This document shows, piece after piece, positions 53,075 to 64,000 of a stretch of DNA of 64,000 nucleotides. The DNA lies in assembly GCA_963780995.1 (NCBI GenBank), contig CAWAEI010000013.1, positions 7,550-71,549 of the forward strand. Reading direction: 5' to 3'. The notes beneath the pieces were generated by a model that searched no databases, had not been told where the DNA came from, and saw only the letters and a program-made list of their open reading frames with translations. Numbering within the stretch: the stretch's first letter is position 1; the number at the start of each line of letters is the position of its first letter. This DNA comes from an uncultured delta proteobacterium. Lineage in GTDB: Bacteria > Desulfobacterota > Desulfobaccia > Desulfobaccales > Desulfobaccaceae. The position numbers were made by a program, and so were the translations under genes.

Positions 53075-55447
53075 TTATTTTCTTTTTCTCGCTGGCTTTA
53101 TCGGCTGATTGGGGATACTCGACCCGATGATGAAAAATGCCGCTCAGGATCTTGATAAAACTTTTAGCAATTTCATGAAGATCTTTGAGGGTGAGCTCGC
53201 ATTGATCCAATTGGCCGTCGGCAAAAATATTGTTGATAATTTTTTGCACGGCGCCCTGAATCCGGGCCGGAGTGGGATCAAGGAGCGTTTTTGAGGCCGC
53301 TTCAACCTGATCCGCCAGGAGTACCAAGCCGGCTTCCTTGGTTTGAGGTCGAGGCCCGGGATAGCGATAGTCCTCGCTGTTGACCATATTGGGATTAGCG
53401 GCCTGCTGTTTGGCTTTATTATAAAAGTAGGCCATGAAGCTGGTACCGTGGTGCTGCCGGATAATATCGATAATTTTCTGGGTGACCTTGTTTTGCCGGG
53501 CCAGTTCCGCCCCATCCTTGACATGGGCCTGAAGAATTAAACTGCTCATGGAAGGCGCCAGCTTTTCGTGCTTATTTTCGCCGCCGAGCTGATTCTCCAC
53601 GAAATAAGTGGGTTTCTTGATTTTACCGATATCGTGATAATAGGCGGCGGCTTTGGCCAGAAGCGGATTGGCGCCGATTTTTTCCGCGGCCGCTTCCACC
53701 ATGTTACCGACAATGATGGAATGATGATAGGTCCCCGGGGCTACCAGCATCAATTGACGGAGAATCGGCCGCTCCAGATTAACCAGTTCCAAAAGCCTGA
53801 TGTCGGAGGTCAAGTCGAAAAGCACTTCCAGCACCGGAGCCAGGCCGGTGGCCAGGATGCCGATTTGAATCCCTCCGGCCAGGGCAAAGACCGCCCCCCA
53901 GAAGACGTCCGGCGCCTCCACGGGAAATTCCAGAGATTTCAGGGCCAGAACCGCGACAAAATTAACGGCTGAGACATATAAGCCGGTACGGATAAAACCC
54001 CAGCGGTTGCGGCAGAAGCTGCCGGCCCAGATGCCGACCAGACCGCTCAGGGAAAAATAAACGAAAAACAGGAAGGGCTTGTCCACGAGCAGGGAAGTCA
54101 GCATGGCAGCCATAAAGGCGGTAAGCACGGCGGCTTCCAGACCGATAAAAACCTGTATGAGGATGGGAGCCAGGGCCACGGGTAGATAAAAAAAGAAATT
54201 TTTAGCGACCAGGGGGCCAAGCCGGGTCAGGGCGCCGCCAAAAATCACCATGCCCAGATCTAACAGGGTAATACCCAAAAGGGTTACGGCGATAAAAGTT
54301 AATTCTTTCGGAGTGTGAGGGACCTTTTTGGAACTGAGGCGGATCAATTGATAGGAAATCGCGGCAAGGAGAGCAATCAGCAGCCAGGTTCCGAGAAAAC
54401 GCCAGAGCCACCGGCCCTGGGGGCGGTCCTTTTCCAGGGCCTCTAACTTGAGCAACTGCGTGGGAGTAATTTTTTCTCCCTTCCCGGACCAGCATCTCGC
54501 CTTTTTTTATCTGAAAATAGACCGGCCGGAGATTTTCCAGGCCGGCCAGTTTACGCTGTTCAGTTTCAGCCCGATTCAAGGAGAGATTGGCAGTGATTAA
54601 AAATTGCGCGACTTCACAGATGGCCCAGCGTTGCCCGGATGGAAGTTCTTCGGCTGCTTCCTTGCAGTAGAGGTTTACCTTCTTTTTGGCATCGTTCAAG
54701 TCGAGGAAGCGTTCGGCATTGGCCTCTGCCTTTTCATGCCAGGAAGGCAGGCGGCGGATGATGATGGGGCGGCGCAGGTCGGCAGGCTGAGGGCTTGCTC
54801 ACTAAAGACGCCCTGGGAGATCACCTGATTAACCTGTTGGCTGATGACGTCTTCCCATTGGGCCGAAAAATTATTGCGAGCCAGTAAATAAAAGACGTTA
54901 GTGGGAAGGGTAACTCCCAGGATCCGGTCGAATTCAGGTTTCTTCTCCAGCAATACTTTATACAGTTTGGAAAAAGAAAGTTTGGCTTCGCCTTCAGGGT
55001 GGGCCGGGACTGCCGCCTGGTCGCCGGCAACCGGCCGCCCCGACTCCTGGATAGTCTGCCGCATGAATTCAAAGGCCTGGTGCAATCTGGCGATGATTTC
55101 CGGCCCGATCCTTTCGTCCAGGTCGAAAATCAGAGGGCTTTCATTCAGTTGCTCCTGCTGCCGTTTCGCAGTGGAGACTTTGTCCTCCACCAGAAAATCC
55201 GCCGAGGCCTTGATATCCATTTCGGCGATATCACCCACCTGATAATCAAAATTGAAGATTTGCGGGCGGGGAAATACCATGACGGCGGCCAGCAGACTGA
55301 AGCCGGCCAGGAGGAGAATCTTTTGCCACTTCTCTTTGAGGCCAGCGGCTCCAGCGGTATTGACTGTTTGAGATGTGACCAGAAGCGTTGCATCTGATTC
55401 AATTCAGGCTGCCGTTTAGGTCTTTCAGTGATTTTCTTCTCGGTCAT
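52974..55447 (-). CDS. 7TM-HD (HDIG) phosphohydrolase, PgpH-like (several frameshifts)
   Basis: Extracytoplasmic domain, [12 protein letters not shown] helices, [20 protein letters not shown] and YRYPGP. Confidence 0.87.
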
Positions 55448-56447
55448 CTTCTTTGTCTCGCTGCGATACAGCGGTCTTGCCGGAGAAATGGCGGCGTTTT
55501 TGCTCCTGGTAATGTTCGTAGGCCAGGATGATATCCTGGACCAGGGGATGACGCACCACATCGTTTTTATTGAAGTAAATAAAGGAAATGCCTTCTATGG
55601 GTTTCAGGATTTCCCTGACTTCTTTTAGACCGGAACTGGTTCCGGTCGGCAGATCGATCTGGGTGATATCCCCGGTAATGACCGCCCTGGAGCCGAAACC
55701 GAGGCGGGTAAGAAACATCATCATCTGTTCGGAGGTAGTATTCTGAGCCTCGTCCAGGATGACGAAGGCGTTGTTCAGGGTGCGGCCGCGCATGAAGGCC
55801 AGGGGGGCCACTTCAATCACGCCCCGCTGCATGAGTTGGGAAGCCTTGTCAAAGTCCATCATGTCATGAGGGCGTCATAGAGGGGGCGCAGGTAGGGGTT
55901 GACTTTTTCAAAGAGATCGCCGGGCAGAAAACCCAGTTTTTCGCCGGCTTCGACCGCCGGCCGGGTCAGGACAATGCGGGTGCATTCGTTGTTGATCAAG
56001 GCAGGCCACGGCCATGGCCATGGCCAGATAGGTTTTACCGGTGCCGGCCGGACCGATGCCGAAGACCATGTCGAAATTGCGGATGGCCTGGAGATAGTGT
56101 TTCTGATTAAGGCTTTTGGGGGTGATGCGGCGTTTGAGGGCGGAGATATAAACGGTGTCCAGGAATATGGTTTTAAGATCGGTCTCCGGGTTCTCTCGAA
56201 TGATCCGCAGGGCATATTGCACGTCCTGGCCGGTTATGGGATAACCGGCCTGGAGCAGCTCATACAAGTCCTCCAGGGTGCGGACCGCCAGGTTCAGGGC
56301 CGGCTCGGGACCTTCCAGGATGACTTCGTTGCCCCGGACATTGGACTTGATCTGCAGGAGACGGTCAATAATCCGCAGGTGCTGGTTCTGCTGGCCGAAC
56401 AAGGTTTGCACCAGATCATTATCGGCAAAGGCAAGTTTCCGCTGCAC
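55425..56447 (-). CDS. phoH: PhoH family ATPase (frameshifts near 55990 and 55865)
   Basis: [34 protein letters not shown] and VVRHPLV. Confidence 0.92.
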
Positions 56448-56477
56448 GTTACTGCTGGAAGCCGTTCGGGCCTTTTC

Positions 56478-56914
56478 TCATGCCGCCGATGACATCAACC
56501 CCATAATCTGACCTCGGATGGTTCTTTCCCGGGGACGGTTGTCAAAGTCCAGCAGCACGATCTGCTGCCAGGTTCCCAGGGTCAATTTATTATTTTCAAT
56601 GGGAATGGAAAGATCCGGTTTGAAAAAGGCGGCCCGGACATGGGAATAGCCGTTGCCGTCGCCCCAGCGGCGGTCATGGTCATAGGCAATATCATGGGGG
56701 AGCAGCCGGTCAATGGCTTGTTTCAGATCATTGACGACGCCCGGTTCAAATTCGATGGTGGTCAGAGCGGCAGTGGAACCGGGGGTAAATAGAGTCAATA
56801 GACCATTAATGATGGCAGCCGCGGAATTTGGGGCTCAACCAGGGAAGTAAGATCCAGAACGTCGGTCCCGGCGGTGGTATTCAGGTGCAGAGAAAAGAAT
56901 TCAATTTTCAGCAT
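56478..56914 (-). CDS. YjbQ/UPF0047 family protein (frameshift near 56820)
   Basis: GSTAALTTIE, NGYSHV and LGTWQQIVLLDFD; start MLKIEFFS at 56914. Confidence 0.85.
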
Positions 56915-57554
56915 GAAATTTCTGATGGCACTTTGAAATAAAAAATCAAATGGTCCAAAGGATTTTAACCAATTATTATTTCTTTACTATAATTCCTTTT
57001 TAAGCTGGTAGCAAAGTAAAAAATATCGGTTTGCGGTTTCCGGTTAAAAAGGCAGTTTACCATTAGAGGCCTGACGGGTTAGGCCGCGACAGGTTATAGC
57101 CGTGGCCAAAAGTAAGGTCTTATTAGCCTGGTATTATAAAGTTCGGCAGAATTATTTTCTATCTTTAACTCAATAAGTGATACGTGGTCAAGGCCAAGTG
57201 GCAACTCAACGGTTTTCTGTCAAACCGGCAAGGTGAAAAGTGCAGCGGTCCGGGCGAGAGGTCTGGTGCCGCGTCCGGCTCGGGACAGGGGTGAAAAAGT
57301 TCTCGGCCATGGTCTGGGCGGGTTCTGGGGATGACCTCGTGGGATTAAGAAATGGGGGCCAAAGTGAAAGAAATGGGCGGGATGTTCCGATGAATCAATT
57401 AGCCGGCAAATGGAATTATAATTTATTGTTCGATAACATTTTTAATAAGTATTATTTGTTGCTAAAAATGATGGAAATTATTTTAACCCTGATTATATAG
57501 TGGGAAAAGCTGAGACTGCCTTGGCCAACCTAATAATTTCCGAAAATCCACCTA

Positions 57555-60500
57555 ATGACTGAGTTTCTCTTCGCCCAATCGGACTATGTCTATTTTGGCT
57601 CGGGATTGGCCCTGGTCCTGCTGGCGTTTGGGTGTTTCGAGCTCGTGCGAGCCGGCCAAAGCCTCCTGCCCTGGAGCTACTTGGGATATTTTGCCCTGCT
57701 GCAGGGTTTGAACGCCTGGTTACGACTGCTGCTTCATGCTTTCGGCGGGCAGCAAACCATGGTCATCCTCTGCCTCATTTTCACAACCGCTTCTTTGGGT
57801 TTACTGTTGGAATTTGCCCGGGCCGGCTGGCAGCAGTTGGGCCACCGCGGATCCTCGGCGTTGGCTTGTCTGGGTGTGGCTTGGGTTAGTAACTTTCGGG
57901 GCCCTAAAGGGGGTGGACGGCCTGCGCTGGTCCATGCATTATGCTCTGGCGTTACCGGCGGGGTTAGGGGCCGGCGCTGGTGCTTTGGCAGGCAGGCTCA
58001 CAATCGGGTGGGCGGGTTATCTCCGGGCCGCCAGTGTGGCCCTGGCGGCTTACGCCCTGACCTTTGGGTTTGGCCCCCCGCCACACCGCAGCTTCCCGTC
58101 CCACCTGTTGAACCAGGATACCTTGACGGCAATCACCGGAGTCCCTGTCCAGATAATTCGGGCTATATGCGAATGGCTGCTATTCATCCCCCTGTGGCTG
58201 TGGGGACGTCAGTTTATCCCGGAGGAGATGGACAGATTCAATCTGCGGGTGCGCCGCCGCCTGACTTGGGGCATGGCCCTCACCACGGTGATATTGCTGG
58301 TTTTAGGCTGGATGTTAACCCAATACCTCGGCAACCAGGCGAAGCAGGAAACGTGGACCATCAACCAGCACTACCTGCGGCAGTTTCAATATTGCTTGAA
58401 CAATGAAATGGAAGAGATTCACAGCATAGCCCGGGCGGTGTCCGGTTCCACGGGAATAACCGGAGGTTTGCAGCCCGGAGATTTCCCTGGACTACAGAAT
58501 GCCAATGCGGATTTTAGACCGCTTCAGTGCGGCCTTTCAGGGAACGGTTATCTATCTTATGAACCTGCAGGGGATGACCGTGGCCTCCTCAAACCGCCAT
58601 CGACCGGACAGTTTTGTGGGAAAGTCGTACAGTTTTCCGACCTTATTTTAAACAGGCGATGGCGGGGAAAAATGGCAGCTATCTGGCCCTGGGCATGACC
58701 TCCAAGGAGAGAGGTTTTTACGCCAGCGCCGCGGTGTACGGCGCCGATCAAAAGGTCATTGGGGTAGCCGTAGTGAAGAGGTCCATTGACCAAATTGAGT
58801 CCATGCTCTATCAGGAAGCTCCGGCACTTTTAGTGAACCCCAACGGCATAATTTTCCTGGCCAGCCGGCCGGAAATGACCTTGAAGAGCTTATGGCCGGT
58901 GGCCGAGCAGGCCCTACCGGAAATCATCGCCTCCCGGCAATTCGGGGGCGGCCCTTTTCCGGCTTTGCTTTCCCAGCAGCCCACGTCCGGCGGTCAGGTC
59001 AGGTTACATGACCAAAATTGGTTTTATCTGACGGAACCTTCCCCCTACGAGGGCTGGCAGGTGGCGGTCCTGGGATCCACCCAGGGGATTGTGACGGCGC
59101 GTCTCATTGGCATCGGCCTGACCCTGTTTTTTTGCTTGACCTCATTGGGTCTTTTTCTGGTCTGGGACACAACCCTGGAGGCCTCAGCCCGTATCGGAGT
59201 TTCGGAACGAATCTACCGCAGTCTGGTGGAGGGGGCGCCTGATTGTGTGTCGCTGTTTGACCGGGAGGGCAGATTTTTAGCGGTGAATCCCAATGGTTGG
59301 CGCCTGTTGGGACTTCCCGAAATAGACATCTTGGGCCTCCCCCTGGCCAGACTCTGGCCGCCGGAACAACGGCAGCAGGTGGAAGATGCCGTGCAACGGG
59401 TGCTACACGGGGAAAAAACCTCGTTTGAGATGGCGTATCAGCATCCCATCGGGAAAAATCTCGGTTGGCAGATTATCTTGAACCCCATCCAGGAGGCTGA
59501 CGACAGCGTCCGCCGGTTTGTGGGCATTATTTCGGATGTCACCGAACGCCAGCGGGCCGAGGCCGATCTCCAGCACCGTCTGGAGTTGGAAGCCCTTATA
59601 GCCAGAATTTCCACGGATTTTATTAATTTGCCTTCGGAAGAGATAGGCCCCGGGATCAACCGGGCTTTGGAGACCTTAGGAAGCTTTGTCGGGGTTGACC
59701 GGGCGTATGTGTTTCAGATGCACGATCAGGGCCGCCGGGCCAGTAATATCTACGAATGGTGCGCGGCCGGGGTAACTCCGGAGCAACCGCAGCTTCAGGG
59801 GTTGCTCCTGGATGAAGCCTTACCCTGGTTTGTTAATCTCATGCGGGATTTTGAGGTCTGCTGCGTCCCCCGGGTGACGGATCTGCCGCCGGAAGCCGCC
59901 GCCGAAAAGGCCGAATTCATTCGACAGGACATCCAATCCCTGGTGGTGGTGCCCATGGTGCACCAGGGAAGTTTAGTGGGTTTTTTCGGCTTCGACGCGG
60001 TCCGGGAAACCAAAGTCTGGAACGAGGACACCATCACCATCCTGAAGATGGTGGGCGATCTGCTGGTGAATGTGTTGGAACGGCAGCGTGCGGAAGAGGC
60101 CTTACACCTGGACGAGGCCCGGTTGGAAACCCTGGTGCAATTAGGGCAGATGCAGGACCAGTCTTTCCGGGAGATCGGCATTTTTACCTTGGAGGAGACG
60201 GTGCGGTTAACCCGGAGCCAGATAGGCTATCTGGCTTTTCTGGATGATGCTGAGACCACCCTGACCATGTATACCTGGTCGCAACAGGCCATTCAGACTT
60301 GCGGGATTTCGGCGCCTCCCCTCGTCTATGCCTTGGAAAAGACCGGACTTTGGGGGGAGGCGGTGCGGCAGCGGCGGCCGATCATCACCAACGATTACGC
60401 CGCGCCCAATCCGTGGAAAAAAGGGTTTCCAGAGGGCCACGTCGAGATCCGGCGGCACATGAATATCCCCGTTTTTGAAGGCACGCACATCGTCGCGGTG

Positions 60501-62140
60501 GCCGGGGTGGGCAACAAAGAGGAGCCTTACGACGACGCCGACGTCCGGCAGTTGACCCTGCTGATGGACGGGATGTGGAAACTGGTGCAGCGCAAACAGG
60601 CCGAAGAAGCCCTGGCCGCGGAAAAGGAACGCCTGGCAGTGACTCTAAGTTCCATCGGGGACGCGGTTATCGCCACGGACATGGACGGCAACATCCAGTT
60701 AATGAATCATGTCGCCGAGGAGTTGACGGGTTGGACCCAGGCGGAGGCTATTGGGCCAGCCGGCCCTGGAGATCTGCCGGATTTTTGACTCCCGGAACCG
60801 GAGAGCCGTGTACTAGCTTGATCCCCCAGATTCTCGCCGGGGAGGCGTCGGCCGGGCTGTCCACCTTGCTCATTTCCCGGGACGGTCGGGAAATTCCGAT
60901 TGCGGAGAGCGGGGCTCCCATCATCGACCAAAATCAGCTGGTGCGGGGAGCGGTGCTGGTGTTCCGCAACATCACCTTAAAGAAACGCATGGAAGAAGAA
61001 CTCCTGAAGGTGGAGAAACTCCGGTCTCTGGGAATTCTGGCCGGCGGCATCGCCCATGATTTCAATAATATTTTAACGGCGATTTTAGGCAACATTTCTT
61101 TGGGTATTCTCTATGCCGGAGACGACGGGAGAGGAGAATGGCCATCTCCAGGAACGCCTGTTGGAAGCGGAAAAGGCCACGCTCCGGGCCAGGGACCTGG
61201 TCCAGCAACTCCTCACCTTTGCCAAAGGGGGCGCGCCGGTAAAGCAACTGGCCTCGCTCAAGGAAATCGTGGAGGAGTCGGCCAGCTTTACCATCAGCGG
61301 GTCCCGGAGTCGCTGCGAGTTTAACCTGCCCCAGGACCTGTGGCCGGTGGAAGTTGATGAGGGCCAGATCAGCCAGGTGGTGCAGAACCTGGTGATCAAC
61401 GCTTCCCAGGCCATGCCCGAGGGGGGGGTCATCACCCTGGGGGCGGCAAATGTGGGGTTGGACGAGACTTCCGGATTGCCATTACCGCCAGGGCGTTACC
61501 TCAAATTGACCATCACGGACCAGGGTATCGGCATCCCGGTGGACCATCTGCCGCGTATTTTCGATCCCTATTTTTCCACCAAGCAGCAGGGAAGCGGTCT
61601 GGGACTGGCCACGGTGTATTCCATCGTGACCAATCATGAAGGACATATCACGGTGGACTCCCAGCTTGGGAGCGGCACCAGCTTCGCCATCTTTTTACCT
61701 GCCTCCCAGCAGCAGACTGGCGAAAGTGCGACCCGGCCCGACCGGCGCTTTATCCGGGGGAAGGCAGAATTCTGGTAATGGACGATGAAGAGATGGTGCG
61801 GGAGGTGGTGGGCCGGATGTTGCAGCAACTGGGCTATGAGGTGAAATTGGCGGCTGACGGCCAGGAGGCCGTGGAACGATTCCAGGAGGCCCAGGAAAAA
61901 TCACAGCCTTTTGCCGGCCTCATTTTGGATCTGACGGTGCCCGGCGGCATGGGGGGCCGGGAGACCATGGAAAAGCTGCTGACTCTGGATCCCGGGGTCG
62001 TGAGTCTGGTCTCCAGCGGCTATGCCGAAGACGCCATCATGACGCATTACCAGGATTACGGCTTTAAAGGCTTTATCAAAAAACCCTATCGGATCGAGGA
62101 CATCGGCAAGGCGCTGTATCTGGCCATGAATGGGGGTTAA
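57555..62140 (+). CDS. Hybrid sensor histidine kinase: multi-TM, Cache-like, PAS, GAF, GAF, PAS, HisKA, HATPase, REC (multiple frameshifts)
   Basis: FRPYFKQAM, PAS motifs, AGGIAHDFNNIL, NLVINA, DQGIGI, FSTK, GLGL and DLTVPGGMGG. Confidence 0.85.
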
Positions 62141-62174
62141 TCGGGGGGAAACTTCCGGAACCAATGGAAATTCC

Positions 62175-62249
62175 TGGAGCCGGCATGGGGGGTTGAACCC
62201 CAGACCTGCTGATTACGAATCAGCTGCTCTACCACTGAGCTATGCCGGC
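62175..62249 (-). tRNA. tRNA-Thr (anticodon CGT)
   Basis: GCCGGCATAGCTCAGTGGTAGAGCAGCTGATTCGTAATCAGCAGGTCTGGGGTTCAACCCCCCATGCCGGCTCCA: full cloverleaf with encoded CCA. Confidence 0.97.
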
Positions 62250-62258
62250 TTGGGCTTT

Positions 62259-62287
62259 AGTTTAGCAGCATCCTGCCTTTTTCGCAA
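62259..62287 (-). promoter_or_regulatory. Sigma70 promoter of tRNA-Thr
   Basis: TTGCGA-17 nt-TAAACT, 9 nt upstream of the tRNA. Confidence 0.7.
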
Positions 62288-63179
62288 TGCTCATCGTTGG
62301 TCGGATTTGTTTATTTTTGCCCAAATTCTGATCGCAGTTTGCGACCAAAATGCGACCAGTTTTTTGATCGCAAGCTTACCAGGGCTTTGTTTTAAAAACT
62401 ATCAATTATAACCGGTTAGATCAAAGTTAATTTGCCTTAGCTTTATTAGGCGGAAACTGACTTTTTTTATGTTTTCTATAGAAGCTTATTATTGAAAAAC
62501 CGATTCATAGGTTTAGTCTTCAAGGATGGTCCCAGCCGGGGAGTTTCGGTAGAAGCAAATGGATGATCTCCCGGGGCCCCTAATTGAGCACAACCTACTC
62601 TCCCTCATAGGTCTTCCAGGTTCCCCTCGGAGATATTTATCTGTTTGTGATTAGGTTGATCCCCCTCCCAAGGCAACCAGGATACCAGGAATATAGCAAA
62701 AAAGCCAATAAATTAAATATACTAAATTGGACTGGGAAGTATCAAAATGATTTGTTTTTGATACAGCCTACTCCGCCACCTACTCCATCTACTCCGAAGC
62801 TTTTGCTCCATAATCTTGCCCTAACAGTGATCTTTAGAAAATGATCTCCGTCTCTGGCTCAGGTTGGGCTTGTCCCCTCTGGTTGAACGGAAACAGTTTC
62901 CGCATGAAACAGGAAACTCTTGCCAGTGGTCGCATCAACCGCTGGTAGGTCTTCCAGAGGGAAAGCCAGCCGCCGATCGGCGAACTTCTTTATTGCTCTT
63001 AAGATAACCAGCGAGGAGTTTAGTAGATATTCATTGATAGGGTAACGGGAAAAATAATTATCGTTGATAGGAAAAATAGTTGACGTTGATCAAGTTGATG
63101 TCAATTCTAAAAAATTATCCAGGTACAATAAGCTACAGGGAGGTCTACCCAATTGCTGATAGCTCCACTTCATGATCTA

Positions 63180-64000
63180 TCAACATTTGCTATCAGAAAA
63201 TTCAATACCCTTACTTAAAAGAAATTCTCGGACGATAAAATAGCGTCCTACAAGACTGGTGGCATCATCAGTGCTACGGTTTAATAAGTCATACTTGAGT
63301 AACTCCGAATTAGAATTCTGCGTTCGCCGTCTATTATTTAATCTTTTTTTTTCAAACTCTGATAAGCCATCTTTTACCACAATTGGTGAAGATATGGAAT
63401 TTTTAAATATCCAATAATACAAGGTGATAGCACCGGCTGATCTAAGAATTTCATCTTTATTTTCAAAGGCTGTATTCATTTCATCAAGAACCATTATGAC
63501 ACGTTCTGCGGCGTTAGCAAACGTGGCTTCACTTGCTTCCGAATTTAAACCCTCTATTACTAGTCGATCTAAATCTGTCTTCTTGGTATTAACAAAGGTA
63601 TCCCTGTGTTCAATGAGCAATAGTTTTGCAGCGACATTGTGGTCTTGTTTGCGTTTTGTGGAAAATCTAACCTTCTCTCGGAAAAATTGGTGTGCAGCAA
63701 GTTTATTTATCAGCTCTGGAATAATACCTTTCATAGCGGCACGAACTTCAGAGCCACTAAGAGGTTTACTCGAATTTAATCGCACAAAGAGGGTCATTAA
63801 TCCTGGCCTCTTCATCGGTGATAACGCTCATTACTGACAAATTAAAGTTGTCAAATCTTGAAGCTACCTCAGGATAGGAGTCTCGAATTTGCCTATAAGT
63901 CATTTTTGAAAGGCGGCAATCGGGCTTATCAAAAAGGATGAAGCTTTCTGCAAGAGGAAAATCATTTTGAATAAACCAAATATAGCTCCTAGCCTCTGCT
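63180..64000 (-). CDS. DUF262 (ParB-like)-domain protein, partial and frameshifted; low GC
   Basis: LFVRLNSSKPLSGSEVR matches the DUF262 F-x-R-x-N motif; QRL at the window edge fits the preceding DGQQR motif. Confidence 0.6.

Noticed and set aside
4377-62140. Mass pseudogenisation or programmed frameshifting (panD, mqnC, tetR, valS, hisC, pdxJ, phoH, kinase and others)
   Set aside because: Single-base indels hit even the essential valS while coding motifs stay intact on both sides and in-frame stops are rare. This is the signature of uncorrected long-read consensus errors.
62440-63170. CDS or ncRNA between tRNA-Thr and the DUF262-like gene
   Set aside because: No convincing reading frame or recognisable RNA motif; may be a decayed or error-ridden gene.

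Overview
64 kb of GC-rich bacterial chromosome. The gene content (futalosine menaquinone pathway, phoH-HD-ybeY-pdxJ, hisC-cmk-rpsA-sppA) and intergenic repeats suggest a Desulfobacterota/deltaproteobacterial genome, possibly Desulfobacca-like; this is inference only. The backbone is housekeeping: pgm, ahcY, metK, panD/panC with a pan-motif RNA, a Mn riboswitch-controlled UPF0016 transporter, an RND pump, the mqn cluster, valS, comM, tRNA-Thr. Many genes, including valS, carry 1-bp frameshifts that most likely reflect noisy long-read assembly rather than pseudogenes. The best leads are: (1) a two-gene insert pairing a secreted TPR/soluble lytic transglycosylase with a receptor-like TIR-TM-periplasmic protein whose C-terminal domain looks like an inactivated transglutaminase fold (36.7-41.0 kb); (2) an apparently uncharacterised interspersed element family with a conserved left motif, a CxxC/His HTH-like ORF, phased GCGCGAAAT/GCGGGAAAT repeats and IHF-like sites, present as one ORF-carrying copy (48.7-49.7 kb) and deleted copies (31.0-31.9 kb); (3) an LRR-Roc-COR-TIR gene bracketed by two toxin-antitoxin pairs (26.5-31.0 kb); (4) a TetR-led mqn operon in which an atypical MTAP/MTIP-family enzyme may replace MqnB; (5) the edge of a low-GC island with a DUF262-like gene at the right end. 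No database searches were run; all family calls come from motif recognition.
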